A stretch of DNA of 55,838 bases, taken from contig NC_068983.1 in assembly GCF_001194135.2 (NCBI RefSeq), forward strand, positions 55,115,327 through 55,171,164, written 5' to 3'. Shown piece by piece: positions 12,923 to 26,679 of this stretch. The first letter of the stretch is position 1; each line of letters starts with the position of its first letter. The stretch comes from Octopus bimaculoides. Its lineage: Eukaryota. A program made the position numbers and the translations under genes. The notes under the pieces were generated by a model. The model worked only from the letters and a program-made list of their open reading frames with translations, ran no database searches and had not been told where the DNA came from.

Positions 12923-14354
12923 CAACGACTATCTTACTTGTCATTCGCACCTTATTTAATTAGTTACTTTATCTATTTATTTACGTATTTCCCATTCCAT
13001 TGAGTTATTATTATTTGATCTCCACGTAGGAGATCACTACGTCCAGAAGCAGGAAAATTTCCATTTCAAGCTAGGCGCACACACACGCATTAAATATTAT
13101 ATACGTGCGTATGTATTCATGTATGTATGCGTTAGTGTGTGACACTTCGATACATTACGTTCTCTTCGTCGTTCTCGCCTCTCACAATTTCTTTCTTTGA
13201 GTCATCTTCTCTTGTTCTTCATTCTATGCTCTTATCAGCTACTTTGATTATATCGCAGAAAATGTTTGTTAGCTTGTTTGTTTTTCCCCCTCTGTCTGAT
13301 ACGCAAACACTATAGTTCTTTCTAAAGATCGTGATATTCACCTCAATTCTTCGCCACCACATTTTCTTTCTCTCTCTCACTCATAGAACTTAGGTTATCT
13401 CCTTGAATAGTATCCTTCTTCCTCGAATCTTATTCATTTCCTTTTCTGTCTCTAGCACTTTTCCCGCTTTCACGTTTTCTATTTCTCACTCAGTCACTTT
13501 CATTTTTCCCCTCATTTTTCTCTGTTACAAACTCACACTTTGTGGCTCTGGTCATAGGTGCAGGAGTGGCTTTGTGGTAAGAAGCTTGCTTCCCAGCCAC
13601 TACGTTCCCGGTTCAGTTCCACTGTGTGGCACTTTGGGCAAGTGTCTTCTACTGTAGCCATTTGAGTGGATTTGGTAGACGGAAACTACCGTTGCACACA
13701 CACACACACACATACACACACACACATACACGCACGCACACACATATGTGTGTGTCTGTGTGTTATATGGGCGTGTGAGTGTCTTTGAGCTTGTATTTGC
13801 TCGCCATCACCGCTTGACAACCGCTGTTGGTGTGTTTACGTCCCCTTAACTTAGCGGTTCGGCAAAAGAACTGATGAAATATGTACTAGGATTAAAAGGT
13901 AAAAGTACTGGGTTAAAATAAAATTCCTCAAGGCGGTGCCCCAGCATGGCCGCAGTCTAATGACTGAAACGTGTAAAGGATGAAAAGAAAAAAAGGTTGC
14001 TGTAGGCGTCAGTAAACCCAACGGATATCATGTTACATCAATGCAATAAGCTTGTGAAAAAGTAGAAAATATGCAATTAAAAAGCCTCTTAGCCCCATCG
14101 TATCTCGTTACGTCATCAGTTTATTTATTAACTCGTTTGCGTGAGTGTAAACGTGTGATGCAACTGGTTTTTGTGAAGTTACTGAAGCAATGTCGGAACC
14201 TCTAAAACAATGGTTCTCAACCAGGGTCCATAAGACCCTTGGGAGTGCATCTAAGATTTTATTGTTAAAGATTTATGAGCAAAAAGGATTCGCGAAACAA
14301 ACAAAAAAAACAAAGAATGAAGATGTATTAGTTTAACGCTCGGGAATTGAAGAA

Positions 14355-14393
14355 GTCTTTAACGTTTCGAGCCTACGCTCTTCCACAGAAAGG
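14355..14393 (-). ncRNA. Variant hammerhead-like motif (CUGUNGA core) in a dispersed repeat
   Basis: CUUU-CUGUGGA-A-GAGC GUAG GCUC-GAAAC GUU^AAAG; stem I CUUU/AAAG, 4-bp stem II, palindromic stem III AACGUU. Confidence 0.55.
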
Positions 14394-14635
14394 AACACAG
14401 AAAGAAACAAAGAGGGAAAATATAGAATATGTAGTGGCTAGCGATCTATCATGGCGAATATGNNNNNNNNNNNNNNNNNNNNNNNNNNNNNNNNNNNNNN
14501 NNNNNNNNNNNNNNNNNNNNNNNNNNNNNNNNNNNNNNNNNNNNNNNNNNNNNNNNNNNNNNNNNNNNNNNNNNNNNNNNNNNNNNNNNNNNNNNNNNNN
14601 NNNNNNNNNNNNNNNNNNNNNNNNNNNNNNNNNNN

Positions 14636-14700
<65 letters not shown>

Positions 14701-15220
14701 AATGTATGTATGTATTTATCTATATTTGCAAAGCCCTTACATACACGCTTCTCATAACTTTCACGAATGCATGTACTTCACTTCCTTTTGTTCCACATGT
14801 ACTCATTATGCATCATCTCACTGTGTGCTTACCACATGATTTCACATACTTTCGTATAAACAAACACACGCATGCGTGTTAAACCAACAAAAAACACAAG
14901 TCCTTTTATGACTTTCCGAGACAATGTTAGTCTTATTACAGTAACCATTGGATGGGGGTTTTGGGATTTATCTAGCTTTATATCTTTATAGAAAATTTGT
15001 TTGTTATAAATATTTTAAGTTAGCGCGTAGGAGTGACTGTTAGTGTTTATATTGCACGTATTTCAGGTCAGAATTAACGATTGTATTATTCTTTTGCCGT
15101 GCAAAACATTTATGCATGTGTGTGTGCTTATAAATACACACACACATACACAGAGAAACACACACATATATTTATATAAGTACATATATACCTGAACAAT
15201 CGAAGTTGGATGTAGAGGAT

Positions 15221-15316
15221 TCATTGGAAACAGTATGCGGCGATGGTTGTTGTCGCAAGGCTTAAACCCAATACCATCATGAGGGATATCCATGCTACAG
15301 TGGGGGAGGCAAGCCA
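15221..15316 (-). CDS. Probable alternative terminal exon encoding a C-terminal transmembrane tail (WLASPTVAWISLMMVLGLSLATTTIAAYCFQ*)
   Basis: Branch-point-like TACTCAC, then tract gtctctttttaaccaaatccag|TGG. The phase-0 frame gives an uncharged hydrophobic stretch followed by TGA at 15223-15221. Confidence 0.65.
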   Translation of the reverse strand, partial: WLASPTVAWISLMMVLGLSLATTTIAAYCFQ

Positions 15317-15556
15317 CTGGATTTGGTTAAAAAGAGACGGTGAGTAATGGTTATAAGATTATTGAGGCATGTCTATTAACCAAACTGATCTGGCAAGCGG
15401 GACCTCATCTCAGAGGGGTCGGACTGGTGAGTATTAATGCAGTCGAAAGGAAGACTGCGTAACGGTGCACGTTCTTTCCAGACGACCCCGTAAGCCTGCT
15501 AGTGACCAGTATGCGAGCTTTCAACTGGTAGAACTTGTATCTGCAACTTGTTCGCG

Positions 15557-15591
<35 letters not shown>

Positions 15592-16071
15592 NNNNNNNNN
15601 NNNNNNNNNNNNNNNNNNNNNNNNNNNNNNNNNNNNNNNNNNNNNNNNNNNNNNNNNNNNNNNNNNNNNNNNNNNNNNNNNNNNNNNNNNNNNNNNNNNN
15701 NNNNNNNNNNNNNNNNNNNNNNNNNNNNNNNNNNNNNNNNNNNNNNNNNNNNNNNNNNNNNNNNNNNNNNNNNNNNNNNNNNNNNNNNNNNNNNNNNNNN
15801 NNNNNNNNNNNNNNNNNNNNNNNNNNNNNNNNNNNNNNNNNNNNNNNNNNNNNNNNNNNNNNNNNNNNNNNNNNNNNNNNNNNNNNNNNNNNNNNNNNNN
15901 NNNNNNNNNNNNNNNNNNNNNNNNNNNNNNNNNNNNNNNNNNNNNNNNNNNNNNNNNNNNNNNNNNNNNNNNNNNNNNNNNNNNNNNNNNNNNNNNNNNN
16001 NNNNNNNNNNNNNNNNNNNNNNNNNNNNNNNNNNNNNNNNNNNNNNNNNNNNNNNNNNNNNNNNNNNNNNN

Positions 16072-16111
<40 letters not shown>

Positions 16112-17000
16112 TGCATACACTGATAAAATTTATATGAGACAATATGTTATAAACCTAACCGTATACTACCTGTACATGCTTTTTCGAACTCAATTTCATA
16201 AAGTTCAAAATTCACCGAAACTAAATAATGTTGAATACTTTTCGTTGAGTCTTAAATGGTAGCTTTCTGCATACTTCTAAATTTATTTCAATGTATAACA
16301 AGCAGACATTAAATGGCAAATAATATTGCAATCAAACAAAGTAACTTTTGAGATTGGGAGCTATCATAGGAGGAACTTGGGGTAATTTTGAATCTATTAA
16401 TAACACTTTTACAATAGGCAGAAGGCCTGAAATTTGTTAGGAAGGAGCTAGATAATTATATTAACCATAATACTTAACTGGTACTTATTTTATCGATCGC
16501 AAAATGATAAAAAGCAAAGTTGACCTCGGCAGAATTTCATCTCAGAACGTAAAGACAGTTGAAATGCCGTGAAACATTTTGCTCGGCGTAAAGAGCCGAA
16601 TGAGATGCCGAGAAATATTTTGTCTGGAGTGCTAACGATTCTGCTAGCTCCCCGCCTTTGAATCTATTAATAATGAAAGGAAGCAAAAATGGCTGCAAAC
16701 TGTCATAACAGTTTTCAGTCAGTCTTTGATAAAACTCGGAAGGTCAGAAAGAGGCTGGCGCCTCTTTATCAACTGATATCCTGCTAACTACTATTTATGA
16801 CAAGCTACATTAAATAATTAGCTTTATTGTTTTGGTGTTAAGAGTTTATTCATATATTATCTATGAGTGTAGGAAAGTATACTGCTCGTTACATTGGTAT
16901 ATGTATTTATGTATGTAAGTATGTATGTATGTATGTATGTATGTATGTATGCATGTATGTATGTACTTATGTATGTATATGTATATGCACACACACACAT

Positions 17001-17055
<55 letters not shown>

Positions 17056-17376
17056 ACACACACAGACACACATATACACATTTACATGGAGATATGCATA
17101 TATAATGCTTCCTACTTAGCTACTTCGTCTCACTTTGAATTAACAGAGAAAGAAAAAATCGAATGGCTAGGACGCCAGTCTATTACGGGCAACGGAAGCG
17201 GAATGGACTGACATCTGTCCCTCACACACAGGCAGACTGAAGTGACATAATAGAAGAATCTAATTAGGCTTTCTCACGCCTACACACCTGTGATTGACAA
17301 ATCGAATCTGTAGCTTAATATCATTATGCCCACATCCAGTGGTTTCCTCCTCCTCCTCCTCCTCCTCCTCCTCCTC

Positions 17377-17442
<66 letters not shown>

Positions 17443-17665
17443 NNNNNNNNNNNNNNNNNNNNNNNNNNNNNNNNNNNNNNNNNNNNNNNNNNNNNNNNNN
17501 NNNNNNNNNNNNNNNNNNNNNNNNNNNNNNNNNNNNNNNNNNNNNNNNNNNNNNNNNNNNNNNNNNNNNNNNNNNNNNNNNNNNNNNNNNNNNNNNNNNN
17601 NNNNNNNNNNNNNNNNNNNNNNNNNNNNNNNNNNNNNNNNNNNNNNNNNNNNNNNNNNNNNNNNN

Positions 17666-17707
<42 letters not shown>

Positions 17708-18959
17708 TTTATATAATTTATGATAGTAATCAAAAGAAGCGATTGTTGGACGACTAGATGCCAACGTTGGTAATGTAGGTTAGTAAGTTCTGGAATGAAA
17801 GAAACCGTTACAAGTCTGGTTGTAAGATTGATTAATAAAGCTAAGCTAGTAAAAAGAACTCATAAAGATAATGGATCCTCTATCTCGTAGAAGAAGGCAC
17901 TTGGTCGAATGGTTAGAGATGTTGCTCTCATGATTGCAAGATCGTGGTTTCGATTCCTCTACGGGTCCCTGGAATCTAGACAGTCATGTCCAGGAGTGAA
18001 GTAAGACGTAAATGTTTCAATAAAGAAATTGGCATATTTAATTAGGCGTAGGCATGGCTGTATGTTTAAGAAGGTCGCTTTGCAACCATGCGGTTCTGGG
18101 TTCAGTCCCACTCTACGGCACCATGGGCAAGTGTTTCCTACTAAACGCCCGGGCATACTAATGCCGTGGAAGACAGAAACTCTGTGGAAACACGTCGTGT
18201 ATATACACACAGACACCTTTTTATATATAGGTTTAGTGATGCAGACAGGAAAAATATAGCTCAAAACATGAGTATATACATATTTTTTTATTGATATTTA
18301 GCAGAAGCAGCAGTGTGATTCAAGGGACGAGAGTTTCGTGCGTCAGCATTTATCAAACGCACGAAACTCTCAGCTCTTGAGTCACTTCGTTGCTTCTGTG
18401 CGGCGTGTGTATGTGTGAGTGTGTGTATGTGTGTATATATGTATACGTATATACATGCATTTATACATATACACACACGCACACACATATATATGTGTGT
18501 GTATGTGTGTATATTTGTGCTTATCCACTCCTCACCGTTTGACAACTGGTGTTGGATTGTTTACATCCCCATAGCTTAGCAGTTCGACGAAAAAACCGAC
18601 AGAATAAGCAATAGACTAATAAGTGCTGGGGTCGATTCGTTCGACCAAAACCCTTTAAAGTCTCAACAGTCCGATGACTGAAACAACTAAAACTAAAGAT
18701 AAGACACAAGTAAATATACTCTTAACGTATTTAAAATTTAGGTCATCATATCTGAAAAAATTAGAGTAAAAATATAATTCAAGCCTTCTTGGTTGTACCT
18801 AATCCACTGTAAAACACCAGCGTTTTTGTATGGACCACTAGCAGTTCTTCATTGGTGTAGCAGTTGAAAGACTCGTGATATTGTTCATGTCAACAATATT
18901 CTTATAAAGAGGAATTTGTTGGTTAAAACACTAAGGCAATGAACTGGTAAGAAACGAAG

Positions 18960-19513
18960 TTTCGTACTTAAGTTCGGATAGCTATGTCGACGACACAAAA
19001 GTAATCTACAGAAAGACCTAGATGCCATATATAAATGGGCTGAAGAAAAGAACATTCAATTTAATGAAGGAAAACTCCAAGCCTTCTGCCATCAGCCAAA
19101 TTATGCTAAACGTGCCACACCAAAGATACTTTTGACCAAAAGGAGCGGCGATCTCAGAATCAAGTACAGTGCGGGATCTGCGGATTGATATGTGCAATAA
19201 TGCTTCGTTTTACGTGTTTGTCACCAAGATGGCGGCAATATGCAGGCCGAAGGCTGGATGCATTTTGAAAAATTTCAGAACAAGGGACCAGGAAACTATG
19301 CTGGTTTTATAGAGGATATTTTCCATCAGCCGTCTGAACTAATGTTCTCAATTGTGGTCACCCTGCAGTATCAAATTGATAGCGGAACTGGAGGTAGTTC
19401 AGCGGTGCTACACCAGGAAGACTGCATCAATGGAACAACTGAGCTACTGGGAGAGACTGAAAGAGTTGCAACTCTTCTCCCTGGAGCATAGACGATATAC
19501 ATACATACATACT

Positions 19514-19548
<35 letters not shown>

Positions 19549-19590
19549 GATGGCTGCCCCCTCGTTATCGAGTATATACATACATACATA

Positions 19591-19635
<45 letters not shown>

Positions 19636-19686
19636 NNNNNNNNNNNNNNNNNNNNNNNNNNNNNNNNNNNNNNNNNNNNNNNNNNN

Positions 19687-19742
<56 letters not shown>

Positions 19743-20060
19743 ATGCAGTGATATACATATGGAAGATCCTGGAGAGGTTGGTCCCAAACTTTGGCATCAA
19801 GAACTATACCAGCACCCGAACTGGACGCTACTGCACTGCTCCATTAGTCCCAGTTATACCGAGTGAGAACCGTATACTGCAATAGATTAGGACCCAAGTA
19901 CCTACGACTATCTAATGTCTTGCCAAAGCATCCACATGGGGCAGTGGTAGATGTTTCAGAGAAACAACTTGACTTCTTGCTGTTCAAGTTTCCAGATGAG
20001 CCTACATCACAGCCAGAAACTTGAAAGAGAACAGCAATATCGAACCCCCTTACACCAAGA
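18960..20060 (+). mobile_element. Degenerate CR1-like LINE ORF2 3' part, interrupted by a microsatellite block
   Basis: SYVDDTK RT motif, DLDAIYKWAEEKNIQFNEGK, WSPCSIKLIAELEVVQR, LSYWERLKELQLFSLEHRR, YAVIYIWKILE, LDFLLFKFPDEP. Confidence 0.88.
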
Positions 20061-20487
20061 GCCAATTACAAAAAGAGGATAATACTAGCGGTGCTCCAGC
20101 ATGGCCACAGCCTTTGGGCTGAAGCACATAAAAGAATAAAAGAATATGATATTAAATTTTCCATAAATCTGGTAAATGTGAGTCCGCATTCACTTAACGT
20201 ATATTTGTATCCAAAGCTTTTAGAGTTGCGAAAATGAAATAACTAAATAAAGTATTTGACAACTTACTCATAGATTGTGAATTTGAATACTTTGTAGGCG
20301 TTTTGTTACGTCGTTCCTAAGCAGAATACATTTATCTACATTGCTTCAGTACTTTAAGCTGTCAGATACTGTATTTTTGCAGTCTAACTTGCGATAGACT
20401 GACGAGATGTAATTTAATTCTTGTTCGCTTAAACCATGAAATGAGAGCTAAGTACTAATTTAAAACACCCCCAGAAGTTACGTAGAC

Positions 20488-20520
<33 letters not shown>

Positions 20521-20712
20521 GTTATTGTTGTTGTTATTATTATTATTAACGGTTTACATATTACGTATCATTGTTACTCGATTTTCTGCTGTCTGTCGAC
20601 TCTCAATAAAGATCTAAGAAAGACGTTATTTTTCTGAGTATGTACGGTATCCAACGAAAGTAGTTTTTGAAAGAGGAACATACATACATACATACATACA
20701 TACATATCTCTG

Positions 20713-20775
<63 letters not shown>

Positions 20776-20984
20776 GTCTGTCTGTCTCTATATACATGCA
20801 TAAATACATGTGGCGTGTATACGTATGTATGTGTGTGTATACATTCATACAAGTATATATATATATATATACTTAATACTCCAGAGACACTATGTATGTC
20901 ATCGCTCACCACCTGACAAACAAGGTGAGAGAAGAAATTTTACCTTGCCAAGAAACAGGCATGCGGAGAAACAGGCAAACGAGG

Positions 20985-21022
<38 letters not shown>

Positions 21023-21370
21023 GTAACTATAACTAATGCTTTATTTAACGTATGTATANNNNNNNNNNNNNNNNNNNNNNNNNNNNNNNNNNNNNNNNNN
21101 NNNNNNNNNNNNNNNNATATATAAGTGTATATTTATATAGACGCACACTAAAGGACTTTTAAATAGCAGTGAAATTTGTGCCTTTCTTAAGGATATGTTA
21201 CATAGTTATTGTTCATGTTTTGAGATAGGTTTCCAGTCCATGGTTGGATAGAATTATGTCAACTGAAAACATTTACGTCACCTTTCTATAATGGAACTTT
21301 GCCATGACCCACACAGTTCTTTATTTAATCCACCGCCGCCGCCACCAGTAGTTGAAACCAAAGAACATAC

Positions 21371-21463
21371 CTCTGCTACTTTATATTCCAGTTCTTCAGC
21401 TTGGTCCTTGTATTTCTTACAGTCGACTGAAATCTTCTCCATGTTCTCTTTGTGGTTGTTCAT
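21371..21463 (-). CDS. Coiled-coil gene exon (MNNHKENMEKISVDCKKYKDQAEELEYKVAE)
   Basis: Acceptor tcttctatctttggcattacag|ATG and donor GAG|GTATGT; 93 nt, phase 0/0. Similar to the preceding exon. Confidence 0.85.
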
Positions 21464-23281
21464 CTGTAATGCCAAAGATAGAAGAGCCAATGTTAGGTGT
21501 GGTTATGTTTAAGATTAATCAGACAGCCAAATGTTAAATACAATAAACTAACTGCATATGTATTACATCATTTGAAACAATGATTTAACAGAGCTGTTGC
21601 AGTGGATTTATTTTTACAATGTTAACGGTGTTAGCGATGGTGGTTTAGTCATTTCAACATCTTGTGAATGTTACCATTTGCTGACTTATAGTATTGTATC
21701 ATATCACGCTCAAACTGGTGAACTTTACACGTGAACTTCAAATAAGAAATTTTATTTATTGTTACTTCTTTAATGAAGTAGCGAGTAAAGTAAAAATGAA
21801 GTGTTGTCTCGAGTCCCAGAACACATACGGCCGCTTCACCAGTAATCCATTTTCTATGACACATTAGTAACCGTGATCAAAACATCCCCGCTTCTTGGAA
21901 TGGGAGGCAAGTCCGTCTCAGGGGAACTCATTTATAGCTGAATGAACTGGAACAACGAGAAATAAAGTGTTTTGCTCAAGAATACAACACACTGTCAGGT
22001 ACGGAAATCGAACCCCGATCTTGCGGCCGTAAGTACAAAATCCCTAACCACTAGGCCACGTGCCTTCAGCAAGTAGCAAATGTTGCTATGTTATTGTTCT
22101 ATTGGTACTCTCAAGGAAATTAATTCACGATCCAAATTCGTTTTCGTTTTTGAAAGCCAATTCACTTCATTAAAACTAGGAAAGCCTTTCGGAAAAAGGC
22201 ATACACCCCAAACAATTTAATCCCGTTTACCGATGGATTTAAAGCTTTGTACCTTAGTAAGAAGTCAGTTTTAAAGATGGCAGAGATGCATAAAATAGTG
22301 GCGTTCCACGTTCGATGTTTTTATAGAATCTATAATGTATCAACCTCTGCTTCAAACTCAAATCATATTAGAATTTATCAAAACTCTCACCACTTTGAGG
22401 TGAAGAAGTACCAGTAATGCACTGTGTCGATTGGGTACACTATGCCCGTCTTTCTACAATACCAGTTTTGGCCATGTAGTGTAAATATCCAGATATATAG
22501 GTTTCAAATTTTGGCCAGCAATTTTAGAGGAGAGGTAAGTCGATTATATCGACACTAGTGCGCAACTAGTGTTTATTTTAATCGACCCCGAAAGGATGAA
22601 AGGCAAAATCGACCTTGGTAGCATTTGAACTAAGAACGCAAAGATGGACGAAATGCCGCTCAGAATTTTGCCCTTATTGTCCAGAAATACGAGGAAATAC
22701 ATTAATAACCAACACAATGAGAAGTTGGTCTCTAAAATTTATCTACTCTACCAGCTGTAGATCAGGGAACCATTCCTACTGCGAAGCTTTTTTCTCCTAA
22801 CATTCGGCTGGAGTTTATATCCTAACAACTACAAAGACAGTGATCTTTAGTTTGACTTTGTAGAGTACTGGAGATTAGATGACACACGCATGCACATACA
22901 CACAAACACAAACACACACACAATGAAAAAACACACACATATATACACACACTCACAAATACACGCACAAAAGCACACACAAACACATATACGACCAAAG
23001 GCTCTTTCGGCAGCGAAATGTTTCCCTACGTCCGACTGTATTCGACAGTGTTACACATGAGTTTACACTATTATATATTGAAAATCATGGTGTATCTAAG
23101 AAAATACATGTGTGCTGCACTTCGTCCTTTGACCTCAATTGTACTCTAAAGGATTGTCACACAAGAACTAGCATGAGCCTACACAAGAATAACAATCTAG
23201 TTGAACGAAACTTTATAATAAAGAGAAAATATTTCCTGGTCAATGCCAGGTTAACCATGAGAGGATTCAAAATAAGTTTAC

Positions 23282-23365
23282 CTTGTATTCATATTCTTCT
23301 GATTGTAGTTTGAATTTGGCGCAGTCATTTTCGAGAGATTTTATTAATGATTTATAAGTGGAAAT
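23282..23365 (-). CDS. Coiled-coil gene exon (ISTYKSLIKSLENDCAKFKLQSEEYEYK)
   Basis: Acceptor ataattcgtttcag|ATT and donor AAG|GTAAAC; 84 nt, phase 0/0. Confidence 0.85.
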
Positions 23366-23408
23366 CTGAAACGAATTATCAGTATTATTTTTAAAAAATA
23401 TGAAAGTT

Positions 23409-23439
<31 letters not shown>

Positions 23440-23450
23440 TGATGATGATA

Positions 23451-23481
<31 letters not shown>

Positions 23482-23640
23482 CTGCCGAAGGCACGAGGCC
23501 TTGAAATTTTTGGGGAGGGGGCTAATCGATTACATCGAGCCCAGTGTTTCACTGATACTTAATTTATCGATCCCAAAAGGATGAAAGGCAAAGTTGACCT
23601 CGGTGGAATTTGAATAATAATAATAATAATGATAATAATA

Positions 23641-23697
<57 letters not shown>

Positions 23698-23698
<1 letters not shown>

Positions 23699-24283
23699 CA
23701 GGCAGTGGCTCTCATGGCTTCGCATCTTAAGTGATTGGAAGTGTTATCATGTACATTGTTTTGTCTTGGTATAAAAGATGGGCTACAGCAAATATTCTGC
23801 TTAATACCACANNNNNNNNNNNNNNNNNNNNNNNNNNNNNNNNTACCACAAATTTGCTTGACAGTTGTTTGACTTTAGCCAGTTGAGCATGTCCCTTGGT
23901 GGCTGACGATATGTGCATCTCTGATCATGAGCAGAAGTAGTGGGGGAGCATCATAGCCATGTGTTGAGAGGAGTTCTTTGGGGTTTGAATAATTCACCTT
24001 TGGAAACATGGGTGTTTTGCTCAACATCCTTAAACAACCCTTATTCAGGGACATTTTGAGCGGGATGAGCTACTCGACCTGAAGAAAATTCTAACTGGGC
24101 CCCACCTGCAAGGTCATGCGCTGTTTATCTTGATATGAAATCACCATTTCACGCACATATGGTTGTGATGCATGTGCCTGGTGTACCCTTATCAGATGGG
24201 TAATCATGAGTGGTATATTGGGCTTCGAATATTTTACTCCAGTGTCACTTTGATGGCATGCCCTGCTCTCTCAATAATAAATA
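23698..24283. repeat. Unclassified interspersed repeat bounded by (AAT)n
   Basis: The right ~330 bp is closely matched at 44461-44781; both copies end ctctc...aataataa. Confidence 0.85.
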
Positions 24284-26679
24284 CTCTTTTGTGTGTATGT
24301 ATGTATGTATGTATGTATGTATTATGTATGTATGTATGTATTATGTATGTATGTATGTATTTGCACCTGTATGGGTGTGGTCGTGGGCGTACGCATGCAT
24401 ACCTATGCTATATAACGTTTAGCATTTTATAGGAAAGATGGTTTGACATTTGTGTTTCGGTGAGCACGAAGGAAGTTTAGAAATACTTTACCTCTTCTTG
24501 AAGTTTCTTTATGGATTCATAGTTGTCTCGTTGTATATTCGAACCATGATCACTATCACTCGGTTTACTGGCCGTCATCTGGAATAACAAAGATTAAAAT
24601 AAATCCAATGATGCAGGAATATATTTCTGATGGGTTGATACGTGTGTAAACTTGAACAAACTTGCATTAGACATGTAAAATTAGAACGAGAAGCTGGGGT
24701 ATATACACGAACATTCAAATAGAAGCGTGTAGGAGGATGAAACCGGCACTCCGTCGGTTACGGCGAAGACTGTTTCAGTCGATCCATTCAACGGAACAGC
24801 CTGCTTTTGAAATTAACATGCAAGTGGTTGAGTGGACCGGAGCCGCGTGAAATGAAGCGTCTTGCTCGAGGAAACAAGTCGCCGCCGGGTACGTCGAACT
24901 TATGATCTTACGATTGTGGGCCGAATATCCTAACCACTGAGCCATGCAGCTTAAAAAGTATATTGATTATATATGGATTAAAAAGTATACTCGCGAATAC
25001 ATAGAAATCGTGGCACACCGTCGGTTACGACAACAAAGGTTCCAGTTGATCCGATCAACGGAACAGCCTGCTTGTGAAATTAACGTGCAAGTGGCTGAGC
25101 ACTCCACAGACACGTGTACCAGAGCCTCGTGAAGCTTTAAGTGTTTTCACTCAATAAACACTCACAACGCCCGGTCCGGGAATCGAAACCGCGAGTCCGC
25201 TGCCCTAACTACTGGGCCATTGCGCCTCCACATACATAGAAATACACGGACATAAACACTAACACACGCGTGTAGATAGCGTTGCTGTTATGCAAAAGTA
25301 TCGTAAGTCCAAAACGGAAAATTAGTTTCACCATTCCATAGCAAAACTGTTGTACTACACTTTAACAATTNNNNNNNNNNNNNNNNNNNNNNNNNNNNNN
25401 NNNNNNNNNNNNNNNNNNNNNNNNNNNNNNNNNNNNNNNNNNNNNNNNNNNNNNNNNNNNNNNNNNNNNNNNNNNNNNNNNNNNNNNNNNNNNNNNNNNN
25501 NNNNNNNNNNNNNNNNNNNNNNNNNNNNNNNNNNNNNNNNNNNNNNNNNNNNNNNNNNNNNNNNNNNNNNNNNNNNNNNNNNNNNNNNNNNNNNNNNNNN
25601 NNNNNNNNNNNNNNNNNNNNNNNNNNNNNNNNNNNNNNNNNNNNNNNNNNNNNNNNNNNNNNNNNNNNNNNNNNNNNNNNCGTTGTACCACACTGACAAT
25701 TTTTCCTTTCTTGGCATCAGAAGCAGCCGGAGATACGATAGTTTCACCTAAAGAACCGGCTATTGCAAGCAAAAATAAATATTGAAAAAAAGAAAACACA
25801 TTTGGCCAAATTTGGAAATACGACAGTTTAACATAATAGCAACGATATACATTCATGAGCTACGCTAAATGTATATAGGTATATACATAGATGCAATGGT
25901 ACATATATTTTCATTACACTCTCTAAATGATATTTGACATTTTGGTAGTAAGTTACAGTGGAGCCCTTTACGGGTGACACACCCAAACCCAAACCCTCCC
26001 ACTTATCCACACTCGCTCTTCTCCATTATATTTCTTTTAACTATTATTTTTCCTTGTTCTTTTATTTTCTTTAAATAACTCTACTTGATACATTACCATT
26101 GGTATTGTTCTTTGAGAATTTATTAATCTTCCTCAGTTAATTAATGATTCTATGTGTTGTTATTTAAGTTCCAACAATTACATTCTTCTTTTCCTATAGA
26201 CAACTGTCAACAAATTAACGCTCCGGATTCACTGATATCTTCATTTGGTGCAACTAAACTCATTTCTGCCTTCAGTACTGTCAGAGGTACACCTCCATTT
26301 TATACATATGTAAGCTCCTGCCATTGTGGCCTTAACAACTACATATATCATAACTTTCCCAGTGTTACTGGTATTGTTGTATTCTTTGCTTTGTCTGGCG
26401 CGGTAACTCTGGATTCCATGTAACATATTACATAATCTTTTATATTCACATGATGTGACAGAAACGATCGTAATGAAGGAATGAATGTAACACCATCTCT
26501 TCCCTTCTTGAACTTGCTGTATACATATATGTAAGTATATAACTCTTCAACTCTAATTTTTTTAACTAGTTTCAGCTCAAGAGTTGCGGCTATGTTGGGG
26601 CATCGCTGTTAGCCTTGCTACAACTACAATACTTGAAACCACTTCTGGTACGTGACATTTGGTGAATGAATGAGTTTGG

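Noticed and set aside
25681-25765. Strong minus-strand acceptor followed by GSLGETIVSPAASDAKKGK
   Set aside because: The phase does not fit the neighbouring phase-0 exons and it runs into a gap; unresolved rather than supported.
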